Source: an archaeon
GTDB lineage: Archaea > Nanobdellota > Nanobdellia > Pacearchaeales > GW2011-AR1
Assembly (NCBI GenBank): GCA_037140195.1
Contig: JBAXEZ010000003.1
Coordinates: 1 to 43,771, forward strand
Length of the DNA stretch: 43,771 nucleotides
Direction: 5' to 3'
Shown here piece after piece: positions 9,588 through 18,595 of the stretch. Within the stretch, counting starts at the first letter, position 1; each line of letters opens with the position of its first letter. The translations under genes were made by a program, and so were the position numbers. The notes under the pieces were generated by a model. That model ran no database searches and was not told where the DNA came from. It saw only the letters and a list, made by a program, of their open reading frames with translations.

Positions 9588-10624
9588 AAGATAAATACCT
9601 CGCAACATTCATTGGAGGAGCAGACGGAGAAAGTTTAGGTATGTCTGTAGAAGGTTGGAAGCCAGCGCAGATACAGAAGCACGTAGGCAGAGTTACTGAA
9701 TTAATTGACCCAGTAATTGTACGAGATTCAGAGGGGAATGAACTCGATCACGATGAATTTGGTAAGTTAAAATATTGGACTCGAGACTTATCTGCAGGAG
9801 ATATTACAGATGATGGGATATTAACAATAGCAATTGCAGAGTCAATTGTTGCAAAAAATAAGTTAGACTTAAATGACATAATGAAAAAACAATTCGAAGC
9901 TTATAATGCATGTATTCAACCAGACGGGCATATTTTCGGAGGATTTGGAAAATCAACTATTGATGCTTTTGAAAATTTTAGAAAAGGAATTCCTCCAGAA
10001 AATTGCGGAGTATTTCCTGGAACAGGTACAGGTCCATGTATGAAAATGTCTCCGGTCGGATTATACATGCACGCAACAGGAAGAAAAGAAGATGGCAAAG
10101 AAATGGCCAGATTAATAGGCCGCGCAACACACTTAGATGAAAGAGCAATCGCTTGCGGAGTTGTCCAAGCAGAAGCAGTTTATAATTTATTAAATGGAGT
10201 TTCTAGAAGAGAATTTATTGATTCGGCAATCGAATGCTGCAAAAAAAATGAAAAAGTCAACTCTATGATTTTTCCAAATGCGGAAAAAGGCAACCTTTTA
10301 TCAAGATTAAATTGGATAAGAAATAATGAGAATGTTTCCAGCGATGAAGCTAAAAGAGTTTTGGGCTGTTCTTCACTTGCCATCGAAGCTTATCCTTTTA
10401 CCTTGTTTATGTTCCAGAAATATTGGGACAACCCTATTGAAGGTTTGATTGACACGATTAACTACGGCGGAGATTGCGACACGACCGGGGCAATGTATGG
10501 GGCATTATGCGGAGCAAAAAACGGAATGATATTTCCCGAAAGATGGACACAAAAATTAAAAGAGAAAGATAGATTGCAGAATCTTGGTGAGCAAATATAT
10601 TCACTAGGAGCACAAAATGTTTAA
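9584..10624 (+). CDS. ADP-ribosylglycohydrolase (ARH/DraG family)
   Basis: G..GESLGM..EG, ITDD, G.G..MKMSP, THLD and GGDCDTTGAMYGALCGA motifs. Confidence 0.88.
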   Translation: MKDKYLATFIGGADGESLGMSVEGWKPAQIQKHVGRVTELIDPVIVRDSEGNELDHDEFGKLKYWTRDLSAGDITDDGILTIAIAESIVAKNKLDLNDIMKKQFEAYNACIQPDGHIFGGFGKSTIDAFENFRKGIPPENCGVFPGTGTGPCMKMSPVGLYMHATGRKEDGKEMARLIGRATHLDERAIACGVVQAEAVYNLLNGVSRREFIDSAIECCKKNEKVNSMIFPNAEKGNLLSRLNWIRNNENVSSDEAKRVLGCSSLAIEAYPFTLFMFQKYWDNPIEGLIDTINYGGDCDTTGAMYGALCGAKNGMIFPERWTQKLKEKDRLQNLGEQIYSLGAQNV

Positions 10625-11396
10625 AAAAGTATTAGTAGTTTACAGCGATAAAAAAACAAAAAATCATCTAGAAACCGTTGAAAAAACAAAGAAAATTCTT
10701 CAAGAAAAGAAAGTAAATTTTAATTTTGTAGGTTTGCATAATTTAAATGAAAAAGATTATAATGAGGTAGATTTAGTTATTAGTCTCGGAGGAGACGGGA
10801 CGTTTGTTCGTGCTGCAAACTTGATAGTATCTCAGCCAATACTCGGAATAAATTCTGATCCTGAAACGAGTGAAGGTGCATTGAAAAGTTTGCTTGCAAA
10901 CGAAATTGAAAAGTTGAAAGAAATACTGGATGGAAAATATAAAACTATCAAAAGAGAGAGGGCCAAAGTTTTACTCAATGGAAAAGAAATTAGGGAGAGA
11001 GTTATAAACGTGGTTTTTGTTGGCGCGGCCTCGCAATTTCACTGTTCAAGATATATTATAAAATTTAAAGGTCAAAAAGAAGAACATAGAAGTTCTGGAA
11101 TATTAGTAAGTACTGGAAGCGGTTCGGCTGCGTGGTTTAAGTCTGCAGGTGGAAATGTTTTTAATTATGACGAAAAGAGATTGCAATTTATTGTTCGGGA
11201 GCCTTATGTGGGGAAAAGAATTTATCTTCCAAAATTGCTTTCTGGAGAAATTGTCGTTGGAGAATCAATAGAAATTGTTTCTATGAGAGATTATGGCGGG
11301 GTTATTGCCGTGGACGATTCTGTTTATGAATTAAAAAAAGGAGACAGAGTTGAAGTAGAAGTCTCTGAACTACCCTTGGAGGTAATTGTCTTATGA
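10617..11396 (+). CDS. nadK: NAD(+) kinase
   Basis: LGGDGT, ILGINSDP and STGSGSAAW..SAGG motifs. Confidence 0.88.
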   Translation: MFKKVLVVYSDKKTKNHLETVEKTKKILQEKKVNFNFVGLHNLNEKDYNEVDLVISLGGDGTFVRAANLIVSQPILGINSDPETSEGALKSLLANEIEKLKEILDGKYKTIKRERAKVLLNGKEIRERVINVVFVGAASQFHCSRYIIKFKGQKEEHRSSGILVSTGSGSAAWFKSAGGNVFNYDEKRLQFIVREPYVGKRIYLPKLLSGEIVVGESIEIVSMRDYGGVIAVDDSVYELKKGDRVEVEVSELPLEVIVL

Positions 11397-11842
11397 AGTA
11401 TATTGAATGTCCAAAAGTTTACGAAGGTAGAGAGGTTTCATTATTTCTAGCTGGAGGAATTAGCGGTTGCAAGATTTGGCAAAATGATTTGGTAAAATTA
11501 TTAGAAGACACTTCTTTAGTTTTAATAAATCCAAGAAGAAAAAACTTTGACATAAAGGATTTGACTCTAGAAAAAAAACAAATAACTTGGGAATATGAAC
11601 ACTTAGAAAGAGCAAGCGCTGTTTCGTTTTGGTTTCCTTCTGAAACAGTTTGTCCAATAACTTTATACGAACTCGGCAAGATATCTCAAACAGACAAACC
11701 TCTTTTTATAGGAATAGACAGAAATTATACGCGTATAAACGATATTAGTATTCAGACAAAACTTATTAGACCGGATGTAAAAGTAGTCTATTCACTTGAG
11801 GGATTAGCAGAACAAATTAAATGTTGGGAGAGAACATTATGA
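11393..11842 (+). CDS. Nucleoside 2-deoxyribosyltransferase-like protein
   Basis: SLFLAGGI...WQ, INPRR, QITWE..HL..A and PITLYELG motifs. Confidence 0.75.
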   Translation: MKYIECPKVYEGREVSLFLAGGISGCKIWQNDLVKLLEDTSLVLINPRRKNFDIKDLTLEKKQITWEYEHLERASAVSFWFPSETVCPITLYELGKISQTDKPLFIGIDRNYTRINDISIQTKLIRPDVKVVYSLEGLAEQIKCWERTL

Positions 11843-12312
11843 CTAAATATACTTTTTTTTGGAGAAAAGAGTCGCCCTTTTCACAACAACACCCAAGTAA
11901 CTTCCAAGTTCAAGGAGTTAGATTTAATTGTGCTGAGCAATTTATGATGTATCAAAAAGCATTACTATTTGGAGATAATTCTGTTATGGAAAAGATACTT
12001 AATTCAGTTGACCCTCAAGAACAGAAAGGATTCGGAAGAGAAATAAGGGGATATAGTGATCAAGTTTGGATTCCAGAAAGAGAGCAAGTAGTTTACAACG
12101 GGAATTATGCTAAGTTTACTCAAAATGATGATTTGTACAAAATCTTTATGCAAACTTCTGGAACAACTCTTGTTGAGGCAAGTCCAAAAGATACAATTTA
12201 TGGAATTGGGCTATCTGCAGATGATCCTAGGGCTTTAGATGAAAAAACCTGAAAGGGTCAGAATCTGCTTGGTAAAATCTTAACTAAATTAAGGGAGGAT
12301 TTAAAAAAATGA
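11839..12312 (+). pseudogene. NADAR/YbiA-family protein with an in-frame TGA (12250-12252) at the conserved Trp
   Basis: FSQ.HPS, CAEQFMMYQKALLFGD, KFTQN and LVEASPKD.IYGIG. The frame continues *KGQNLLGKILTKLREDLKK to an ATGA overlap with pnuC. Confidence 0.85.
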
Positions 12313-12995
12313 AAAATTACTTTAAGGATTGGAATACGTTTGAGAAAGTTTGGCTTTTAGCATTTACACTTGTAAACATTTACTTGTTTTTTGCTTGGCA
12401 CGACAGCATAACGGGATTAGTTGCTTCGATAAGCGGAATGTTGTGCGTAGTTTTGACAGCTAAGGGAAGAATAAGTAGCTTTTATTGGGGCTTGATAAAT
12501 ATCTTTGCATATTCCTGGGTAGCCTATCAAAGTGCATATTGGGGAGAAGTTCAATTGAACATGTTATTTTTTCTACCAATGACTTTCGTAGGAATATACT
12601 ACTGGAACAGAAATCAAAGAAAAGATAAACGACAAGCAGATATAAAAGTGCGAAGCCTTACAGCAACAGAAAAATTTGGCTGGATATTATTGTCTGCGAT
12701 TGCAATAGTAATCTATGGCTTTTTCCTAAAATATCTTAACGGTACTCTTCCATTTATGGATGCTACAACAACAATATTATCTATTGTGGCTACTATTATG
12801 TTAAACAAAAGATTAACAGACCAGTGGCTTTATTGGATCACTGTTGATGTTGTTACTATCATCATGTGGACATATATCTTTATAACAAAGGGTACGGATG
12901 TCAGTATGTTAGTAATGTGGTCTGCATTTTTAGTAAATGCAGTTTACGGATACTATAATTGGATAAAAATGGAGAGAAATCAGAATGGAAAATAA
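12309..12995 (+). CDS. pnuC: Nicotinamide riboside transporter PnuC
   Basis: Multi-TM protein with AKG, PFMDA.TT..S..A, QW.YW and N...GYYNW; directly upstream of nadR. Confidence 0.88.
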   Translation: MKNYFKDWNTFEKVWLLAFTLVNIYLFFAWHDSITGLVASISGMLCVVLTAKGRISSFYWGLINIFAYSWVAYQSAYWGEVQLNMLFFLPMTFVGIYYWNRNQRKDKRQADIKVRSLTATEKFGWILLSAIAIVIYGFFLKYLNGTLPFMDATTTILSIVATIMLNKRLTDQWLYWITVDVVTIIMWTYIFITKGTDVSMLVMWSAFLVNAVYGYYNWIKMERNQNGK

Positions 12996-14019
12996 GAAAA
13001 CTGTAGGATTCATAGGCGGCAAATTTTTACCTTTTCATCTTGGCCACGTCTATGTAATCTTAGCAGCATCAAACCTAGTGGATGAACTCTATGTAGTTTT
13101 ATCTTCTTCAAAGAATAGAGACAAAGAACTATGTGCTCGTGATGGGATAAAATACATGCCTGCAGAAGTTAGATTATCTTGGATTGGAGAATCTTTGAGT
13201 AATCTAGATAACATAAAAGTTATTCATATAGAAGATGACCACTGGGATTCGGACTATGATTGGGAAGAGGGCGCAAATATGATTAAGAAGGCAATTGGAA
13301 AACCAATAGACTTTGTTTTTAGTTCTGAAAATAGTTATAATGACTTCTTCAAAAAGTATTATCCGGATTCAAAACATATTGTTGTTGATGACAAAAGAAA
13401 AACAGTAACAATTTCTGCTACCGAAATGAGAAAAAATCTGTATGATCATTGGGACAAATTGCCAAATTGTGTCCGGTCTTTTTTTACCAAGAAAATAGCT
13501 ATTGTTGGAACAGAAAGCTGTGGGAAATCAACATTAGCTAAAAAATTGGCTAAGTTTTATAATACCGAGTTTGTACATGAAGTGGGAAGAGACTTTTGTG
13601 AGAAATATTCAAATCAACTTACAGCGGAGATGTTTAATTATATTGCCATGGAACATTTACTATTGCAGAGAAAAAAAGCAGAAGAATGTAACAAGCTTCT
13701 TTTTGTAGACAGCGATGCAGTAATCACACAATATTATTTGGATATGTATTTCAATGGGAAGAAATCTGAATTAATTGAGCACATAATAAAACTTCAAGAT
13801 TATGACTTAGTAATTTACTTAGAACCAGATGTTAAATGGGTTGCTGATGGCACAAGATTTGCTGGAGAAGAAGAAGTTCGTAAGAAGAACAATGAGAAAT
13901 TAAAGAAAATGTTCGGAGAGAGAGGAATAGAATTTGTTAGTATTAATGGGAGCTATGAGGAAAGATTTAACAAAGCAAGGCAGTTAGTAGATAAATTATT
14001 TGAAAAAGTAAATTCTTAA
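12985..14019 (+). CDS. nadR: NadR-type NMN adenylyltransferase / ribosylnicotinamide kinase without HTH
   Basis: GKFLPFHLGH, FSSE, ISATEMR, then P-loop GTESCGKST, EVGR and WVADG.R. Confidence 0.9.
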   Translation: MENKKTVGFIGGKFLPFHLGHVYVILAASNLVDELYVVLSSSKNRDKELCARDGIKYMPAEVRLSWIGESLSNLDNIKVIHIEDDHWDSDYDWEEGANMIKKAIGKPIDFVFSSENSYNDFFKKYYPDSKHIVVDDKRKTVTISATEMRKNLYDHWDKLPNCVRSFFTKKIAIVGTESCGKSTLAKKLAKFYNTEFVHEVGRDFCEKYSNQLTAEMFNYIAMEHLLLQRKKAEECNKLLFVDSDAVITQYYLDMYFNGKKSELIEHIIKLQDYDLVIYLEPDVKWVADGTRFAGEEEVRKKNNEKLKKMFGERGIEFVSINGSYEERFNKARQLVDKLFEKVNS

Positions 14020-14020
14020 A

Positions 14021-15679
14021 ATGGGCACTAAAAAAGAAATAGAAACTGACTGTGGAATAATCGGGGCTGGTTTGGCCGGATGCTCCGCCGCATTAGAACT
14101 AGCCGATGCTGGGAAGAAAGTAGATTTATTTATTAAAAAGAAATTAATTGAAGATTCTAACAGTTATCTTACTGCGGGAGGATTAACGGCAGTTCCTCTG
14201 AAAAATGGTCTACCTGTGAAAGGAGATTCTTTTGAAATGCATATTGAAGATACTTTAAAAGCAGGCAAATATCTTAATGATAAAAAAATAGTAGAACTTT
14301 GTGCAAAAAGATTTTTTCCAGATGTCATCGAATGGTTAGAAACAAAAGGCGTAAAATGGGATCGTGCCAATGGCGAGTATGATCTACACAGAGAAGGTGG
14401 ACATAGTGCAAACAGAATTTTCCATGTTAAGGATACAACTGGTAAAGCAATAATGGATGTACTAACTAGTCTAGTAAAAAAGCATCCGAATATTAGAGTT
14501 CACGAAGATCACATTGTAATAGACTTAATAACTAAACATAAATTTTTCAATAAAAAAGGAAAAGATTCCTGTTTAGGATTTTACGTTTATGATAACATAA
14601 ATGATTGCGTAAAAACCGTGTCTTGCAATGCAACCTTTGTTGCAACTGGCGGAATTGGAAAAATATTTATGTATACTTCAAATCAAGATATTGCAACAGG
14701 GGATGGTTTTGCAATGGCATCTCGTGTAGGGATTCCGTTAGTCAATATGGAGTTTGTTCAATTTCATCCGACAGTTTTTTATGATCCTTCTTTGAATTTA
14801 GAGTCAGAAAGAAGATTTTTATTAACTGAAGCCTTGCGAGGAGCCGGTGCAGTTTTAACTTTAGATAAAAATTCTCATGAAGATTTTGTTTTAAGATACG
14901 ACAAACTGGGATCAAAAGCAACAAGAGATGTCGTTTCTAGAGCCGAAGATGTCGAAATGAGAAAACTAGGGCTAAAGCACGTTTGGCTAGACTGCACAAA
15001 AATTGATCCCGACAAGTTAAGAAACGATTTTAAGAATTCTTACGACTTTTGTTTACTGAAAGGATTTGATTTGACTAAAGAGTCCGTACCGGTTGTTTAT
15101 GCGGAGCATTATTCTAATGGAGGAGTATTGGTGGATAAAAATAGCGAATCTAAAATAGAAAATTGTTTTTTTATTGGCGAGGTTTCATACACTGGATTAC
15201 ATGGGGCAACAAGACTTGCAAGTAACTCCGCACCAGAGTGTATACTATTCGGAAGAATGGCTGCAAAAAAGTTTATCTCTAAAAAATTAGAAAAAAATAA
15301 AATGAAAATCCCTTCCTGGAAAGAATACAATGCTAAAGAAATAAAAGACAAAACAACAATAACTTATTACTGGGAAACAGTAAGAAGAACAATGACTTCC
15401 TTGTGTGGCATTGCAAGGAACAAAGAAAGATTAAGCGCTGCAAGAGAAGTTCTACTTGCTCTGAAAAAAGATATAAATGATTTTTATTGGACTTACAAAG
15501 TAAATAAAGATTTTCTAGAGGTAAGAAATATTACTGATGCATCTTTACTAGTTGTCGAGTGCGCTCTTAAAAGAGAAGAAACGAGGGCGTGCCACTATCG
15601 GGAAGACTTCCCTAATGAAAACAAAAAATTCTTTGGTTTGACAATCTTTTTAAAGGCAAAAGCAGAGGTAAAAAAATGA
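14021..15679 (+). CDS. nadB: L-aspartate oxidase
   Basis: GAGLAG, REGGHS..RIFH..D.TG, ATGG, MEFVQFHPT, TEALRG.GA, RDVVSRA and GLHGATRLASNS motifs. Confidence 0.88.
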   Translation: MGTKKEIETDCGIIGAGLAGCSAALELADAGKKVDLFIKKKLIEDSNSYLTAGGLTAVPLKNGLPVKGDSFEMHIEDTLKAGKYLNDKKIVELCAKRFFPDVIEWLETKGVKWDRANGEYDLHREGGHSANRIFHVKDTTGKAIMDVLTSLVKKHPNIRVHEDHIVIDLITKHKFFNKKGKDSCLGFYVYDNINDCVKTVSCNATFVATGGIGKIFMYTSNQDIATGDGFAMASRVGIPLVNMEFVQFHPTVFYDPSLNLESERRFLLTEALRGAGAVLTLDKNSHEDFVLRYDKLGSKATRDVVSRAEDVEMRKLGLKHVWLDCTKIDPDKLRNDFKNSYDFCLLKGFDLTKESVPVVYAEHYSNGGVLVDKNSESKIENCFFIGEVSYTGLHGATRLASNSAPECILFGRMAAKKFISKKLEKNKMKIPSWKEYNAKEIKDKTTITYYWETVRRTMTSLCGIARNKERLSAAREVLLALKKDINDFYWTYKVNKDFLEVRNITDASLLVVECALKREETRACHYREDFPNENKKFFGLTIFLKAKAEVKK

Positions 15680-16053
15680 GCAGTAGACAAAGTGAAAGAT
15701 ATAGTGCCAAAAATCTTTATTTCTCAGCACCAATAATGTTGGATGTGGATGGAGTGCCTAGCACACAAGTAATTGTAATTTCTAAAGAGCAATGGGATTC
15801 TTATGGGGATTTAAACAGAGAAAAGGAAGAATGTCACGGTGTCCGAGAAAATTTGGGGAAACTTTTAATTGAGTCTGAGGAGGGAATCTTCGAACTAGAT
15901 CAACAGATGAGTTGTCAAGAATTAGTGGCAGAGCTATCTTCTAGAGGTTTAACTTATAATTCAGATTTGGATTCTATTTTAGAAGAGCGTGCAGCAGATT
16001 TGGGATATGTAGTTACTGAGCGAGTGAGTGTGATAGGCAACGGTTCTAAATGA
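15676..16053 (+). CDS. Hypothetical protein
   Basis: Acidic 125-aa ORF coupled by ATGA overlaps. Confidence 0.55.
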   Translation: MSSRQSERYSAKNLYFSAPIMLDVDGVPSTQVIVISKEQWDSYGDLNREKEECHGVRENLGKLLIESEEGIFELDQQMSCQELVAELSSRGLTYNSDLDSILEERAADLGYVVTERVSVIGNGSK

Positions 16054-17060
16054 AAAAACAATCAGAGTTAGTTTTAATGGTAGGAATACCTGGTTGCGGA
16101 AAGTCGACATTTAGAGAAAGATTTTTACCTTATCATTATCCTATAAATTTGGATTCTATTCATAATTTTTTAGCACAAGGAAAAGGTTTCGATCGAAAAA
16201 ATCTAACGCTTGGGAGAGACTTAGAACGCATAATGATCGAAGATAGACTCAGTCAAAATATTCCTACTGTAGTAGACAATACTAACATAAATGTTGAAAA
16301 AAGACAAAAATATTTCGAGTGGGCAAAAGAATATGGTGCACAAGTTATTGCAGTAAATTTCACTCCAAATGCTAAGACTGCAATTGCACAGAATAATCAG
16401 AGAGAAAGAAGAGTTCCGGAAGTGGCAATCAGAAAAATGCTAAAGGACTATCAAGCTCCTACTGCTTCAGAGGGTTTTGAAAAGATAATTGATGCTGCAA
16501 ATCCCATAGGTCTGACCGGCACAAAACCTGCAATATTCTTGGACCGAGATGGAGTTATTTTTGTAACTCATATAGACGGAAAATCTTATTTTGTAAATAA
16601 ACCGGAAGAAATAAGGTATCTTCCCAAAGTATTTGATGGACTTAGAGCTCTTTCCGCAAAAGGATACGGAATGTATCTAGTCTCTAATCAAGGTCCTGTA
16701 GGGCTAGGAAAGTTAAGCGAAGAGGAGCTTGGAAGAATTCACGCTAAGATGCTTGACGATTTTAAAGCAGAAGGGGTTTCTCTATCTGGAATTTATTGCT
16801 GTATTCATGCACCTAAAGATGGATGCGTCTGTAGAAAACCTTCTACCGGGCTAATTATTTTGGCTGCTAGGGAACATAACTTGGATGTTGCGAAATCTTT
16901 TATGATTGGTGACATGACTTCGGATATAGCGCTGGGAAGAAGATTAAAGATGAGCACAATTCTTCTAGAGACGGGTTATGGTGGAAAAGATGGGAAGTTT
17001 GATGTAAATTCGACCTACCTTGCAAAAGACTTACTAGTAGCTTCTTCCTTTATTAACTAA
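16050..17060 (+). CDS. P-loop kinase (AAA_33/polynucleotide-kinase-like) fused to a GmhB/HisB-type HAD phosphatase
   Basis: MVGIPGCGKST, VVDNTN and R..R.VPE; then FLDRDG, SNQ, CIH...CVCRKP and MIGD..SD. Confidence 0.85.
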   Translation: MKKQSELVLMVGIPGCGKSTFRERFLPYHYPINLDSIHNFLAQGKGFDRKNLTLGRDLERIMIEDRLSQNIPTVVDNTNINVEKRQKYFEWAKEYGAQVIAVNFTPNAKTAIAQNNQRERRVPEVAIRKMLKDYQAPTASEGFEKIIDAANPIGLTGTKPAIFLDRDGVIFVTHIDGKSYFVNKPEEIRYLPKVFDGLRALSAKGYGMYLVSNQGPVGLGKLSEEELGRIHAKMLDDFKAEGVSLSGIYCCIHAPKDGCVCRKPSTGLIILAAREHNLDVAKSFMIGDMTSDIALGRRLKMSTILLETGYGGKDGKFDVNSTYLAKDLLVASSFIN

Positions 17061-18543
17061 ATTTCTCTCCAGATAAAATCATATTTGTACAAGGATAATC
17101 TATTTCTTTTAGACCTTCCTTTTCTAGCTTGTAAAGTTTTGCTCGAGGTTTGTAAATTTTTTCAATAATATACTCGCTCTTAAATTCTTTAGAACCTTCA
17201 ACAATTCTAAATCCGACTTTCTCTAGTTCAGCCTTCCATTTATCAAAACTCCAGAAACCAAATTCCTCATGCATTTCACTTAACCAGTTGTCCACATAGG
17301 TCATTTTACTTAGAAATTCATAGGCATCTTGCATTCTTAATTCAATTAATTTTTTATCTTCTATAGTTTTTTCTTTGAATGTAATTTTTTTAGGGATAAA
17401 ATCTTTTACAAATCTAAAGAATTTAGCGTAAGTAGAAAGTTCTTTTATTTCACCTTTATCTTTTCCATCCTTTTCATTTAGCTCAAGTAAAACAGTATCA
17501 TTTGGATTTTTTGGACCTACAACATCTCGAATTATAATTCTTCCTCGATTGCACAGTTCATAATAGGTATGCTTCAAAACTTGAATTAAGGTTTTCTCAC
17601 TTATATAAGAATAAATTTCATGCAAAACGGAAGAGTAAATAAAAGTGTTAATTGTATTTTCCTTAAAATTCTGGTCAGTAATATTTCTTCGGTAAAAAAA
17701 CACAAACGCTCCGCCAAAATCCTGCATCTTGCAAAATTCATAGAATTTTCTAGTTGCTTCAATTCCGATAATATCTGACTCTTTATAGTTTTTTGCAAGT
17801 AAATTAATTAATGCTCCCGTACCGCACCCAGCATCGACTATTTTTCCTTCTACAACAAAAGGGGCGATGTCTTTGAATTTAAATTCCATGTTCTTATCCA
17901 TCCCAACTGCATAGGTATTGTAATCTCGGGTATCTGTTAAATCTGCATTGTCATTCAGTAAAGAGTCGGAGAATAACTCTTTGATTAAGTCTCCACTGCT
18001 ATACTCTAAATAAATATCCTGGGTTGCATCTGCGGCATACTGCTTCCAAGTTTCATCATGTTTCCAATTCTTTGACTTAACTATTAAATTAATTATTTCA
18101 AACGGCCTAAGTGCTAAATACTTTTGTGACTTTCCGTCTAAGAGCTCAACAGGTAGATTTTTGAATCCTAATTTTTCAAAAGACTTTATTACTTCGGGGG
18201 TGGAGCATGCAAGAATGGTATTTTTAGAAGTAAGCTTTTCTCCGCTTTGATAAAAGATTTGTTTAATTAAATAATCTGCAAACTTTTCACTTTGGGGGAT
18301 GTCGGGTATTGGATAAATCTTCACTTCACATTGTAAATCATGTACAAATTCTGTAATTGCCATCGTTCGTAAATATAAAGGAAGAGGATTACGGCGAGTG
18401 TTTGAATGGTCTGCTGAGGTAACTGCAAAAATTATTTTGTCAATCTTTTTCTTGTTTGCTTTATCATTTATTGGGTTTTTAAGATACTGATGTTGAAACT
18501 TAGTCAACATGTGATGTCTTCCTGGAAACAAAATACTAACCAT
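17053..18543 (-). CDS. Nucleotidyltransferase-like (HxGH/NadM-like fold) domain fused to a class I SAM methyltransferase
   Basis: N-terminal FPGRHH...QH and TSA....TRRNP; C-terminal VDAGCGTG, SSVLHE and GRIIIRD. Confidence 0.65.
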   Translation of the reverse strand: MVSILFPGRHHMLTKFQHQYLKNPINDKANKKKIDKIIFAVTSADHSNTRRNPLPLYLRTMAITEFVHDLQCEVKIYPIPDIPQSEKFADYLIKQIFYQSGEKLTSKNTILACSTPEVIKSFEKLGFKNLPVELLDGKSQKYLALRPFEIINLIVKSKNWKHDETWKQYAADATQDIYLEYSSGDLIKELFSDSLLNDNADLTDTRDYNTYAVGMDKNMEFKFKDIAPFVVEGKIVDAGCGTGALINLLAKNYKESDIIGIEATRKFYEFCKMQDFGGAFVFFYRRNITDQNFKENTINTFIYSSVLHEIYSYISEKTLIQVLKHTYYELCNRGRIIIRDVVGPKNPNDTVLLELNEKDGKDKGEIKELSTYAKFFRFVKDFIPKKITFKEKTIEDKKLIELRMQDAYEFLSKMTYVDNWLSEMHEEFGFWSFDKWKAELEKVGFRIVEGSKEFKSEYIIEKIYKPRAKLYKLEKEGLKEIDYPCTNMILSGEKFS

Positions 18544-18564
18544 AAAAACTAATAATTAAGAAGG

Positions 18565-18595
18565 TTTAAATATCTTATTGTCTTTTAAACAATAT
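18565..18595. promoter_or_regulatory. Bidirectional TATA box (18565-18572) plus an NrtR-type operator overlapping the nrtR start
   Basis: TTTAAATA lies 22 nt from both ATGs; TTATTGTCTTTTAAACAATAT (18575-18595) has TATTGT-N7-ACAATA symmetry. Confidence 0.65.

Noticed and set aside
4575-12312. Genome-wide stop codon reassignment (TGA=Trp/Gly or TAG=Gln/Pyl)
   Set aside because: TGA ends many genes in ATGA overlaps, TAG ends at least two genes, and Trp is otherwise TGG; only one case of each internal stop is seen.
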